64,000 bases of DNA from Bigelowiella natans CCMP2755 (taxonomy: Eukaryota > Protista > Cercozoa), in contig ADNK01000489.1 in NCBI GenBank assembly GCA_000320545.1, forward strand, positions 62,001 through 126,000, read 5' to 3'. Each line of letters starts with the position of its first letter. The first letter of the stretch is position 1. This document shows positions 35,067 through 47,635 of the stretch, piece after piece. The position numbers and the translations under genes are program-made. The notes under the pieces are model-generated. The model ran no database searches. It was not told the origin of the DNA and saw nothing but the letters and a program-made list of their open reading frames with translations.

Positions 35067-38000
35067 ATGGATGACTGGACCCATGAAAAACCCAATGCAT
35101 TTTTCTCAGCGGCACAAAGGCAAATGGTTTGTACGAGTAGAGCGCACAACGTTTCTGAAAAGGTAATCTCAGGCCGATTTCATCTGAGAAAATGCACGGG
35201 CTGTGCCTCATGTAAATCTCAGATTTTTAAACCAGAGGAGAATCTGAAAGTTTGCGTGAACCCCTCTCTTCTTCAAGTTCTTTAAGTACGAAAAGAAGAG
35301 CGATTTTCCGAGATTCACAGCTGGTCGCAGGCATCCGGCGACCGAGCGACCTTCGGGCTCTACACAAAATCAGTAGTTTTCTCGATGTCGTAAGTGCGAT
35401 AACTAGTGCATCCTGTTAACCTCATCAGAAATAAAGCGAAATGCGAGCTCGACCGTCACAAATCCCAACGAAGCTAAGGTCGAAGGAGTGATAAAAATGT
35501 TCAAATTATTTTTCGGTGGTAAAATAATCAATCCATTTTGGTAATGCGGCATAGAGAGAAGGCAGATATTTAACAGAAAAAGGGATCGGTACCCCAAGCC
35601 GTCAGCAACCAGCTACATGTACTTCGTATACCTGTGCGCGGGTTGAGTATGGATGCATGACGCCTTAGTTCCCCTATCTCTCTCTCTCCAGGGGTAAGCA
35701 TCACCCTCTAATTTAACCGGATAATCATTTCCAAGCACCGATGCGACAGGCAGAACCGACCGTTTCCCCCAGTGGGAGCTACGCCATTTCCCCTGATGAG
35801 GTCCGAGGTGAAGCCAACCGCTGGAAACGTTTTGATTCTTTTGAAACAAGGGGTAGTCGTCGTAAGACAGCAAGAAGAAGCTACTGGGATAGGCCTCGTC
35901 GAGAGATGCAAAATTCTTCCAGCATTCCTCTCGTGCAGGTGGTGTGGTTTGTACAAGTAGAGGAAAGGAGGAGTAAACTCGCTTCATGTCATGATACAGA
36001 AAAACTCACTAAAACACCATATGTATTGAAATGAACATGTAAATAATATATGGGAGAGGAACGAGGGGGGTGGGACGATGATAACATGCTATCCGGTCGC
36101 TCATTCAAGCTGATACAACCCTCATGTTATGGTTGCGAATTAAATACTGAAAAATAATTCTAATATTTCCTCAGCATAAGATCGCACAACGTCGGGAAGA
36201 TTCTATGCCACCAATTGATTGTGTGCAACAATGCACAGACCCTAAAGATGAACCTATGATGCTCCAAAGGCCACAATACGAACAATACTCTACTAAAGAG
36301 CTCAAGACAGTAGGTGCACGAGTCCCTTTCTCTCGATACGAATATTCCCATCAATCTGACGAGAATGGCCGGTGGGAGGGTCAAGATGATCCCCGTCAGC
36401 ATCCCTATTATCCTCAACCACAATCATACCCCTCAACAAGGGCTCAGGTTAGGAATGACGAAAGAAAAATGTTTCCAAATCGCAAAAAAATGAAACAATG
36501 ATAGTTTACGTAATATTTCCGTCACATTTGGTTCTTTTAAGCGTTTTGAATATTTATATCTTAGGCATATTCTAGCTATTCCCCTGAGATTGTCAGTCAG
36601 CATCGTCAATCCCGTCCCGAGTCAAGTTACCCGCCCCCTCGTGCATCTCAATCACAAATCGAACATAGTCCAGTGGAATCAAATTTGCCCTACAATCCAC
36701 GAGACAAGAGGGAAACGCATATGGGGGGATATAGCGGTCGATATGCAGCTCCTCCTCCGACTGTTAAATTGCAGTTGCAGCAGCAGCAGCATCGAAAACG
36801 CTATCGTCCTTCAAGTGCAACGCAGCATAAGTATGAGACGACTTCTTCTGCTGACGGCCCCGTCGTCGAACGCCAAATTGAATCTGCCCCGAAGTTAGTA
36901 CCTCCTGTTACAACTGCTTCTAAAAGAGAGAATTACCCTTCGACAATACCCACACCTAAAGCGTCACCTTCTAAGCGGGTATCTACCTCTTCCTCAAATA
37001 TTGAAACCAAATCCAAAACGAACTACTCCAAAGTAGCCACGGAAGCTGAGCGCAGGGACTTCGATCCTGCTGCGGATGCAGATTTGGAGCTACCACGTAT
37101 GTCAAAGGCCGATGCAGCTGCTCTCATGCTGGATGAATCGAGAGAACGAGAACAAATCTTCCAGCATTGCAAGTGGGTTTGTGAGTGCGGAACTCCTGTC
37201 CGTTTCGTCTACGATGGCGTTAAGGCCGGCAAGATGAATCTTGCGGAGATTAGGAAACATATTTTAAATTCTTGCCCGGATTTTGCTTGCCTGCATAAAA
37301 AAGCTCTTGAAAGAATGCGGATGCGAAAACGGGCCGCTTGGGGAAACAAGTCTGGTGGCTCAGGTCTGTCTTCGACTGACTCATTCTCACTGAAAAACTT
37401 CTACAAAGTGCCTTAGATAATCCTTATCTCAGATATCAGGACTTCGTGCCTTCTAAACAAGACCGGTTGTAACAGGATTGGAAACTTTTTTTATAACATC
37501 CTTGTCATTGATGGCATAAGAAATCTTGATCATTCTATTTCATCCACCTGTTTTGCCCTATCATACCACAGACTGCGCACAGGAGACCGAGATTTACGAA
37601 GCTCTGAAAAAAATTACGCAAAAAGTCGAGTTGAAGTATCACTACTGGAAACGCCATCACTACGGCGATTTCCTGTGGCTCGTGAAGGAGAACGGCAACT
37701 CCAAGCCGTATAAGGTAATACTTATGGAAAATGTGATAGCGTGTTTGGTTAACGTCGAAAGGCGTGCTGAAGAAGAGCAGTATCACATCTCACGTTACTT
37801 CTACATATGTTTTATTTGTCCTTTTCGATATCTGTTTACTCTTGGACGTAGTCATACATGAAGACCCTGTTGATGGACCCGACCCGTGTCACAACGAGTA
37901 CCGAAAAGATGCCGAAGATCACAAAGATTGAAACTGTGCAACCTCGTCATGATCTCATACCAGATAAAGGCCTGGTAATCTTCTTCCTCCGTTTTCCCAT

Positions 38001-38834
38001 CGATTCAGAGAAAGGGCAGAGAAAGATCGGGGACTGTGGCAGTTGCTGCAAGTGGTGTGGTGGTGGTTGTGGTGGGGGTAGAGATCAGAAGTAATAATGC
38101 CAAACTGGTAGAAACGATTAATTTGCTTCTTCGTTATAATTTTATAATGTAGGAGGGATGGTGCGCAGAGGTGTACATAGAGTTCAATTTACCCGGTTTT
38201 AACTCGGACATGGCTGCGCACCTGCAGAGCTTTGTCGGAGCTGATAGCCTGATCATCAAGCACATAGCCGTTGAGATTGTAAATGATACTGAGCAGCCCA
38301 AGGTATCTTAAACAAAAGCCTCTGTAAGATATTATGCCAAGCTAACCTCGTAAGTCTTCTTTCGTAATTCTTCCATGATATCAACTTTCAGGCGAATAAA
38401 AATACGAACATCCTTCAAAAAAAGAAGCCGGAATCTACTGGATCTGGGGAGGAAAAAGAGCTCATGAGGTTGTGGGTGGATTTCGGCTTCAAGGTTCGCA
38501 GTTAAAAATCCTGTACAATCTCACGTCACTTATCCATAACATGTGCTTCGAAATATATATTTTTTTAACTTATGCAGTATCAACTTGAAGTCGAGAAGAT
38601 GTACGAGTGGCAAAAGTGGCTTTCTACCAGGCTTCGAGAGGCTGCGGCTGATGAAGACTCCCTTCTTAGCTGTGCAAGGACATTTCGAATCGGCCTGATT
38701 CGCCCAGGTTTGTGTGCGTTTATCGTTATTCTTACGCTGTCTGAAGCCTTTTTCGCAAATAAAGCCACGACAAAGTCAACATAAATATGACTAGACAAAC
38801 CTTTAATACTGATATGAGCGTGTTCTCAGCATAA
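35067..38834 (+). CDS. Hypothetical multi-exon protein with P/Q/S-rich region and a possible Cys/His zinc-binding motif
   Basis: ORFs at 35067, 35741, 36205, 36673-37416, 37526, 37858 and 38572 can be linked by GT-AG introns (e.g. GGS|DCAQETEIYE). CKWVCECG…RKHILNSC motif. Could be two genes. Confidence 0.5.
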
Positions 38835-38939
38835 CGGGGAAATGTGGTGCTTGGGCACGGATGTGTACATAATAGTTGGGACCTTCAGATGTAGTTAAAG
38901 AGTAAGAATTTTCCACTTTTTTTATCTAACCTCAAGATA

Positions 38940-39698
38940 TGCTTTCATGCTCACCATGGCATGCGAGTGAAATTCAACATTCACAACGCTTAGACCTATA
39001 GATTGACACACATCACACTATGTCTTGAGGTGTCAATGGCATTCAGGCACAAAGAGTGTCGTGTCTGAACTCTGTGGTTTTGAAAACAAACACGAAGTTG
39101 TTATTGGCGCCGGTGTAGCGGTCGTCGCGCTGCTAGGCTGGTTTGACATGCTGCACGCTAGCACGACGGCTCTACCGGTCTAGCGGTCCATCTAGCTAGG
39201 CTAGTAGGTATATATTGTTCTATATTGTCGATCACAATGATGCATGATAGCATGCGATGTTGCACATGCTATGCTAGTATGGACTGGTAGACTAGACCTC
39301 GCCGCTTGTGCATGTGCTAGTGTGCCATCTAGCCAGCATGCACGTGCTGCAGCAGCTACGTCCATGACACCGCCGCCGATGTAAACTCGACCATGCTAGC
39401 ATGCAGCACCGCTAGCTGCTAGACCGCATCGATCGATCGCATCAATTGCAGTGGACACAGTGATGTGATGTGCATGCACACTACTAGACCAGCACACACA
39501 TTGCGATGCATGTTCTGTATGATGTTGCGTTGTCCACACACGCACGATCGCACGCACGCGCATACCTAGCTAGCTAAACGTGCTGTCAGGAAACGACAGC
39601 AGCAATTGCATGCATGCTAGCATAGCATGCAGCTACTACGTCTGTGTCTAGATGTCACTTTTGATACCGTGTCTATTAGCCGCCTACTAGTAGTCTAA
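38940..39698. other. CTAG/GCAT-rich degenerate spacer between convergent genes
   Basis: tctagctaggctag, gatcgatcg, gcatgcatgctag, cgcacgcacgcg. Ends at a (CA)n(TA)n tract. Confidence 0.6.
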
Positions 39699-39770
<72 letters not shown>

Positions 39771-39840
39771 TGATATGGTTTTGACTACCAAACACATTTG
39801 CATAGGCAAGTGACGTTGCCTTGGAAAGACCAAGCTGTGA

Positions 39841-40277
39841 TTACAACAATTCTAAGTTTATATTTCTAGGAATCGGTGTCAGTAATCCGCGTTTCTTTGG
39901 TAATAGCCCTCGCCTCAGACGATCGTTACGAGAAGCTAAAACTACGACCGCGATTGCTTTTGTGCTCACCTCGTCGATTGAGTCCGAACCACGTATGATG
40001 ATGATGATGATGATGATGATTATGACATCAAAAATTTTTGTCGTTCGTGGATGTGACAATTGTTCTTCTGACTATGATATATACCCAGCGTCCATGTCTA
40101 TTGTGAAAATCATGGCGCAGACCATGTACGTGATTGCTGCAAACAATCCTGGCGATAAGGGAAAGAATAAGAAGGAAAAATGAACGACGAGAAGAGCTCA
40201 GGCAGTAAAAGGAAGAGAGTAGGTAGGCCAAGGTTCAAATTTTCGGATGATTCCTTTGCGAAAACTGAGCATAAAAT

Positions 40278-40318
<41 letters not shown>

Positions 40319-40535
40319 CAAACTCTACTCGCTCCCCGACTCTGTTCGGACTCACCAAATTCTCCGACAAAGTAGAGTGCGCGCTTGTTTCTAGCCTCAT
40401 TACTAAGGAGGAAGAGTGGTTGGATTAATAACGACGATGACGACGACGACGATGATGGAGAAGATAAATAAAGAACCATTTCTGTTGGTAAGATTTCCAT
40501 TTCACACAAAGCGAAGGAGGGGGGGAAACTACTGT

Positions 40536-40568
<33 letters not shown>

Positions 40569-40747
40569 AACAAGCACTACTACCTAAATCCTAGGTACTC
40601 CGATCGTCCCACGAGGGGATCGAACAGTAACTCTATCCAGCAATTATGCGCCACATGCGCTACGAAGACTGGAGATAGCAGCATCATAAAGATGACGGTG
40701 ATGATGATGATGATGATGATGATGGAGACAACAAGTACGCACTGTCA

Positions 40748-40790
<43 letters not shown>

Positions 40791-42573
40791 GACGAAAACA
40801 CAGGATCAAACAGGTGTAAAAAGAAAAAAGGAGGACAAGGATGAATGGGGTGAGAGATTGGGTGAAGTACACAACCTTACCACTAATACACATTCCTCAC
40901 ACACACACACACACACACATTGACTCTACTCTCACATAGTTATATTGACCGCTGGATCATCTTCGAATGATGATGACAACGGCGACGACGACGATGGTTA
41001 ATGATGATGGTTCATACCAGGCCATATTGAGAAAGATCGCACGCGTAGCCAAACATGGAAGAACGCCCATGGCGTTGTCATCCAGGGCAGCTGGGGAAAA
41101 AAGCAACCAGTCGCAGAGCCAACACGGGTAAATACTATATAAATACATACTACATCTTCGACATATTTCTGCCTCTTCTTCTTCATCTTCTTCTATACCA
41201 TTACTACTATTACAACAACAACAACAACTACTACTACTACTATTACTACTACTGCTGCTGCTGCAGCTAGGATGACTGATTGACTGACTGACCACAAATG
41301 CAGCCCAGTAAGGGCTGATGTTGTTGTTGTATCCTCCCCCTATGACGAGTGGCACATGCCATATGCTGATGGTGAAAATGATGATGATTATGATGATGAT
41401 GACGATAACAATGACGATGCTGAAGATCACGAGAACAGTGGGGAGGATGCTTGTGTGAGAGGAGGGATGAAGTAAGCCTTGAAAGAAACTTTTGATGGCA
41501 AGAGAGGAGAATTATCGCTATTATTACCCCCAGATGAAACCCCCGATTAAGCTCGAAAGCATAAAAGATTTAGTTGCGTGTAGAAGTTGCGGGAATAACA
41601 CGCCAGACCATCCCACCTAGTAGTTAGGGAGGGGGGGGGGGGGGGGGAAAGGGTAAGATTACAGCAGGAAGCAACAGCAAAAATCGATGAGAAGGATGAA
41701 GAAGCTTAGGAGCAATTAATAATGATTTCATCATCACAATCCCCACCATTATCATAACCATCATTAACATGGTGAAGCCAAGATGCCCTTTCCCCCCCTC
41801 CACCCATTCCATTCCTCCTGCAGTACTACCTCCTCCATGGCTCCGGAGAAAGCAAACTTAAGGATAGTGAGAGGGATGGCCCCGCCATATCCCCAGCATA
41901 AGGTGTCCTTGAGAACCCTGAACTGTATGAATCCCGTCCAGAGGTGGTAGATCAGGTACCCAGACCCAAGAGTCACGAATGGTATCAACACCGCAAGGCT
42001 GTAGTATGCCCCCGTGTCCTAAATATAATTGTGGTGCAGTGGTGGAGGAGGAGGAGGAGGAGGAGGAAAGAAGCAGAATGATGATTTACAATCAATTTTG
42101 TAGCACATCCATCGTCGGCAGGAGGAGTTTGTTGCGTTGAAAACGATGGCATCACACACACACACACATATATATATATATAATTATATAATATAAATAT
42201 TTTGGGGGGGGGAGAAGGGTACTATAAATTTAAAACGTATACATAGCATCATATGCATTTCATTCAGGGAAATGTGTCGGATTCTGTATATCGTCAAATC
42301 TATGCGCTTATTCTTATAAACGCGCTTCATCAAGTATTCATGCACCAATTTCTCATCCTCAGAGAAGGGAGATGGCGACGAAGGAGAAATTGAAAATGAT
42401 GATGATGATGATGATGGAGACCCAATTGAAAAATAGCCATATAACATTATTTTTCATGATTCATCACAAATCCCAGAGAAAAGTGGCCAAGGAGATTAAT
42501 AGAAGGGGGGGGGGGAGTGGGATGAGGAGAGGGATGAGACATCTCCCATAGCCTCTCTCTCTCCCCCCTTTTT

Positions 42574-42610
<37 letters not shown>

Positions 42611-43190
42611 AATATCGGCAGCAGGTACTAGTTTAAGTAGTAATAGTAGAGTAGCAGCAGCACAAGGTTTCAAAGCCTGCTAAAGACAACAACTAATAGT
42701 AGAGTAGCAGCAGCACAAGGTTTCAAAGCCTGCTAAAGACAACAACTATACCGGTAACTACTATTCCTGCAACAAATACCTCCCCCCCCCCTCCTCCTCC
42801 TACTCCTCCTCTTTTTGATCGAGCGTAACCACCCTTTTGTTCCCCTCCTGGTCTTCCTCCTACCCTGCTCTAACTTGTAGTATTTACCGTTTTCGGCCCG
42901 TCCCAGTACGCATCTCCGATGTCATCAGTGAACGCCCACTTCATTATAGTAGCAGAAGTAGTAGTATTCATCAAGAGACAATCAGTGACAATGGTGATGA
43001 TGCTGATAAGAACATTGATAAACCAAGCAGCCACAGGCAAAGAAGGCAGGTGCAGCCTTTTCGTCGGAATGATATCTAAACGGGAGTGAGTACCAGCGTG
43101 AATAGTCCGAGCCCAGGCGGCGCCAGCAGGTGGAAAAACCCTTAAAAAACCGATGTGGTACGTTGTCACAACGCTTAGTATGACGCAAAG
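39841..43190 (-). CDS. CPBP-family (Abi / type II CAAX protease-like) intramembrane glutamic endopeptidase, many short exons
   Basis: Spliced translation: …FSGAMEE|VGWSGVLFPQLL…LIGGFIWG|IWHVPLVIGGGYN…|…WLRVRSFSIWP|VFVAHVAHNCWIELLFDPL…|…YFVGEF|GLFAAITYMV…|GNINLELL*. Contains the EExxW, WH and HxxHN motifs. The 5' end is unresolved and may extend towards ~44900. Confidence 0.8.
42641..42746. repeat. Perfect 53-bp tandem duplication
   Basis: TAATAGTAGAGTAGCAGCAGCACAAGGTTTCAAAGCCTGCTAAAGACAACAAC x2. Confidence 0.9.
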
Positions 43191-45965
43191 TCTCTCATAG
43201 GCATCTTCGATGTTTCAGTGCTAGAAATCAGATTAATGAGAATTAGTACACTATTTGCTATGTGGTGTATTCTGAGTCAATCATGGAGAGGAGGAACAGG
43301 GAAATAGGCTGGCATAATCCCCCCCCCCCCCTCTCTTTCTTTCTGTGCATTGTGATCGGATATGTGGTGCCTCGCTCCTTACAAAGGTGTCAATATCGCC
43401 TGTTCGGAGCAAGGCATATCCTGATATCGTCGACCTGCATGCATTTATGACAACACCAACATCATTCCTTGCCATGGAAAAGAATGAAAGAATAACACGA
43501 AGAATAATGATGAGGAAAAGTCAAATAGGTTGTTGCCGGCATAAGAAATCCCCTTCTATTGTGATGGACAATTAGGTTCAATCACTGTTTAATACAACCA
43601 GCAAATTAGCATGACTATGTAAGCGCCGAGGCCCGAGGCGCCCACATATGCTGTGTTTCCTTCCTCTAGGAATCTGTGTAGAGAAAGTAGATGCAGGCTG
43701 CTTTCAATGGTTTTAAAAGGAAGTATATGATATTGGAGAACAAATACGAGCAATGATCAACGAAGCAAACAGAAGGGAGTAAGTGCCTCTTTTAAACTTT
43801 GTGGCTACCTGGAAACTTCGCTGGAGTTTTCCTGATATCGAACAGCCGTGCCGATGACTGATGTTGATACAACGACCTAACGATTTTGAGGAGGTGAGTT
43901 GATAATGATCAATACAGTCTTGGTCTTAAAGTAAAATATCATACATTTCTGGCTATAATGAGAATATCAATTCTGCAAGGCAGCTCAAAGCTAAATAAAC
44001 CACGTGCCAATACTAACAGCAGTTGCAGAGTATTCAGATTCGAATATTATCATTATTGGCTCTTACCCCCAGCAAGAATAATGTCAAGACAACCAACTTG
44101 AAGTTGACCTCCCGCCCACACACCTACGGGAAAATGAGAAGCTAAGTGATTCAGTAGTCTTCTATGTGGATTGTAGTTGGAGAGGGTGTGGAGGGGCCCT
44201 GGAAACAGAGATAGTTTTACCGTCTGTGGGAAGTCTACTGTCGGTCTGTAGAGAAAAGGGAACGGCTCTTTGATCTCCGGAGGATTCCTTTATTTTGTTG
44301 AACATTGTAAGCGCCGAATATAAGCACAAGACCGAGAGTCGAATGACCTCCCGAACATAGAGAGTGCGATGTACGATGATACGCTATGAGATGATACTTG
44401 GTTTTATATTGAAGCAGTTTTCAATGACTCGTCATACGGTATTACCAATAATACGAATCACTACTCTCCGGTTCAGAGACGAGCATTTCCTCAACGGGGG
44501 CTCCATTCTTTGAAGGGTTTCCTAACCATAGCAATTATTCGGGGCACGTTCGCAATGATGTGAGGAGGAATCAATCGTTCTCAATGGACCGATATTCTAT
44601 TAATATCTCTTTGCTCAGACAAAATATACCTTCAATTAGAACGTCTGGAGGATTGCTTCCGCTGCTCTTGATATCGCTCGTATACCGTAACACTTTCCCA
44701 CCTCCAACACGCTAAAATAGACCAACGAAATTATTGTAGGCTATCTACAGTGATTGCAAAAATCGCTTAGATATATTTTAGAGCATATCTCACCACACTT
44801 GCGGGCATAATAGATTATGCACCACCCCCGCGATAAACAAGCAAGGGCTTGCTCTTTCAGGAGCGGTCAGGCGAACGCGACGATTCTCTGCTTCCTTGCT
44901 GTTGTGCTGGTGCTGTTGTTGTTGTTGTTGTTGTTGTTGCAGTTGTTGTCTAGAAAGAAGTAATTATTCAGCCGATAATATTGAAAAACCAACTTAATAA
45001 AAGGATATTAGCAATCGGTGTACTACGACACCGCTGAATTTATTTTTTAGCGTAAAATTAATATCCAGAATACAACCTAGTATTATTCTCTAACTAGACT
45101 ACTTTGAAACAATAATGCTAGTCTATGCGAGTATCCACAACCATAACGATTAACGACTATGATGGTTGCTGAGAAAAAAAAGGGAATCTATTTCTGGCAG
45201 AAAATGGCCATAAATTCGCAATTCCGGGATCCCTGTGGGATATTTTTCCGGAAAATTTCTGAGTCAACTTGATCAGGAATATTTTTTTACTCTATAAAAC
45301 AAAAATATAGTCCTATTTTTGATTTATTTAGATGTTTTACCGTTTTATTTCATTAAACAGATTTACCAAAAGTTAAAGAGTACGATAATAGAATCTTGAA
45401 AGCAACATTACTTTGTCTCCACGAAGATATTTAAGACACTAATCTTTTGGCAACTTTGATATGAATTCTCACATACAATATTGAAATTATTAACGACATG
45501 TAATTCGTATAATTTATGCATAAAAAATGGTGTATTTTCGTGAAAGCATCCTCTTTTACAGCGAACATAGGCTTCAAACAGACTGGAGATAATTTAAACA
45601 CAAAGTGTTTTCGATTGAAGAAAAATACCTTCTAAATAATGGGAAATTCATGAAAATTTGTACATGAGGTAAAATCAAATGATGTCGTTAATATTTTATT
45701 TGATAACTCTGTGATTATTATTTACCTGTTTTGTGCTGAAAAATCAAAATACTTTGCGGAGAGCTTTCAGACAGAAAGTGTGCCTGCGTGTATAATTATA
45801 GTACAAAATGAATGTTTATTTATAATAACGTCAACAAAAAATGTTGGTATATGAAATTTATGGATGCATTTGCTGACTTCGTTTTTCAATCTGGTCTGAA
45901 ATTGAGTTGTGTGGACAGTGAACACAGAAAACAAACAAACCTCCCCCAAACTCTCCACGTTCACT

Positions 45966-46751
45966 ATGGCTGACGGCAAAAAAAATCTTGAATACAAACT
46001 GGTAGGCTTTTGCAATATCTGATGAGCAATTATAACAGTCACAACATATTTTCAGCGAAGGCATGCTTATCTAACCGATGAACTTATGTTAAACAAAGGC
46101 GGTTCTTGGATCCGGCGCAGTCGGAAAGTCCGCTTTGACCATCCGTCTCGTGACAGACAGTAATATAAACATCACTTGCAAACGTTGAAAAAATACATCA
46201 CCTAGTTTTTATTTAATTGCAATATACTCAGCTTTAATTCTGTCTTTGTTTATGAAGACTTCCTTGAGGAATACGATCCAACGATTGAGGATAGCTACCG
46301 TAAGCAAGTTATGATCGATGGCGAGATGGCTCTCCTCGATATTCTAGATACTGCTGGTCAAGATGAGTTCTCATCGATGCAGGACCAATGGATGCGTGAC
46401 GGAAAAGGCTTCCTCCTCGTGTACAACATCACTGATAAAACCAGTTTTGACAATGTCACAGCGCTTCACGACAAGATTCTCAGAACGAAGGATGCAGAAA
46501 AAGTGCCAGTTGTTCTCGTAGGAAACAAATGTGACTTAGTTGATGAGCGTGTAGTTTCAGAAGAAGAAGGACGCGCCTTAGCTGGAAACTGGGGTTGCCC
46601 ATTCTTCGAAACGTCTGCGAAGGAGAAAATTAATAACGAAACCTGCTTCTTTGCCCTTGTGAAAGAAATCAGGAATATGCAACCAAAGGAAAGCACACCT
46701 GGCAAAGGCAAAGATAAAGGGAAAAAGAAGTCTTTCTGTACTCTTCTTTAA
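45966..46751 (+). CDS. ras: Ras-family small GTPase (3 exons), C-terminal CaaX (CTLL)
   Basis: MADGKKNLEYKL|AVLGSGAVGKSALTIRLVTD|NFLEEYDPTIEDSYRKQ…DTAGQDEF…NKCD…ETSAK…KKKSFCTLL*. Introns 46002-46098 and ~46160-46257. Confidence 0.95.
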
Positions 46752-46789
46752 ATAAGTGACACCCAAGATCCGCAGGCACAGCAGATGGT

Positions 46790-47495
46790 TCCGCGTAGAT
46801 CTGTTAGCATGTACAGTATGTAGAATTTAATGAGATGCAACCCTAATATCACACTATCAATTATTTCTAACATATATGCTTCCTATAATCGTGTATACAT
46901 TGTTGTATTGTAGCTGTGCTTGCAGCGCATTGTAAACTAGCATGTTCGATTACATTGTTGTATGTGTGCATGCAAATACACAAGACACAACACTATGTCA
47001 AGTAGCTACGGTACATATACTACAAATCATTGGCGTTGGAGCGATGCCTCTCCTATAATAGCGTCGTTGGCACAGGCCGCGCCAGCCGACGCGCGTTGAA
47101 GCGGCGGCGCGGCAGCCTCCTTCGATCGCGATTCTTGTACGTATACGTCGATCTAATCTTGCTTAACATCTGCTCATCTGCTAGCTAGACATGCACACAC
47201 CATGTACGATTGTTTCGCGTACATCGTAGCATTATGCTCATCATGCATCATGTACGCCACATGCGATACGATAGCACAGCGTGTACGTACGTCCGCGAGT
47301 GCTGTAAAGCTTGCATACATGCCGCCACGTACGATACTAGTAATACGCTACTGACATGTATGAAATAAATGCGTGCGATAATAATATACGGTACCACATA
47401 TGCTTATATATCCGGTTTATTATGGCTAGCTACCTAGAAGGTGACGATAGATAGTCTTAGCAAGCCACTGCACAATAATGGCTGCTACTCTGCTG
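46790..47495. other. CTAG/GCAT/GTAC-rich degenerate spacer between the convergent Ras and DRG2 3' ends
   Basis: ctagctag, gtacgtacgt, atcatgcatcatg; no ORF. Confidence 0.55.
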
Positions 47496-47602
47496 CTACG
47501 AGCGAGCTGTGACAGGATGCCTTCGAAGCATTACTTGAACCACGTCCTGTGTGTGTTATTGTCGCATGAACATTAGAAACTAATGTAGACCAAGCGTAGA
47601 AC

Positions 47603-47635
<33 letters not shown>

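Noticed and set aside
38940-39698. Structured ncRNA or tRNA genes in the palindrome-rich spacers
   Set aside because: Palindromes are only 4-8 nt. I saw no cloverleaf, long stems or conserved sequence between spacers.
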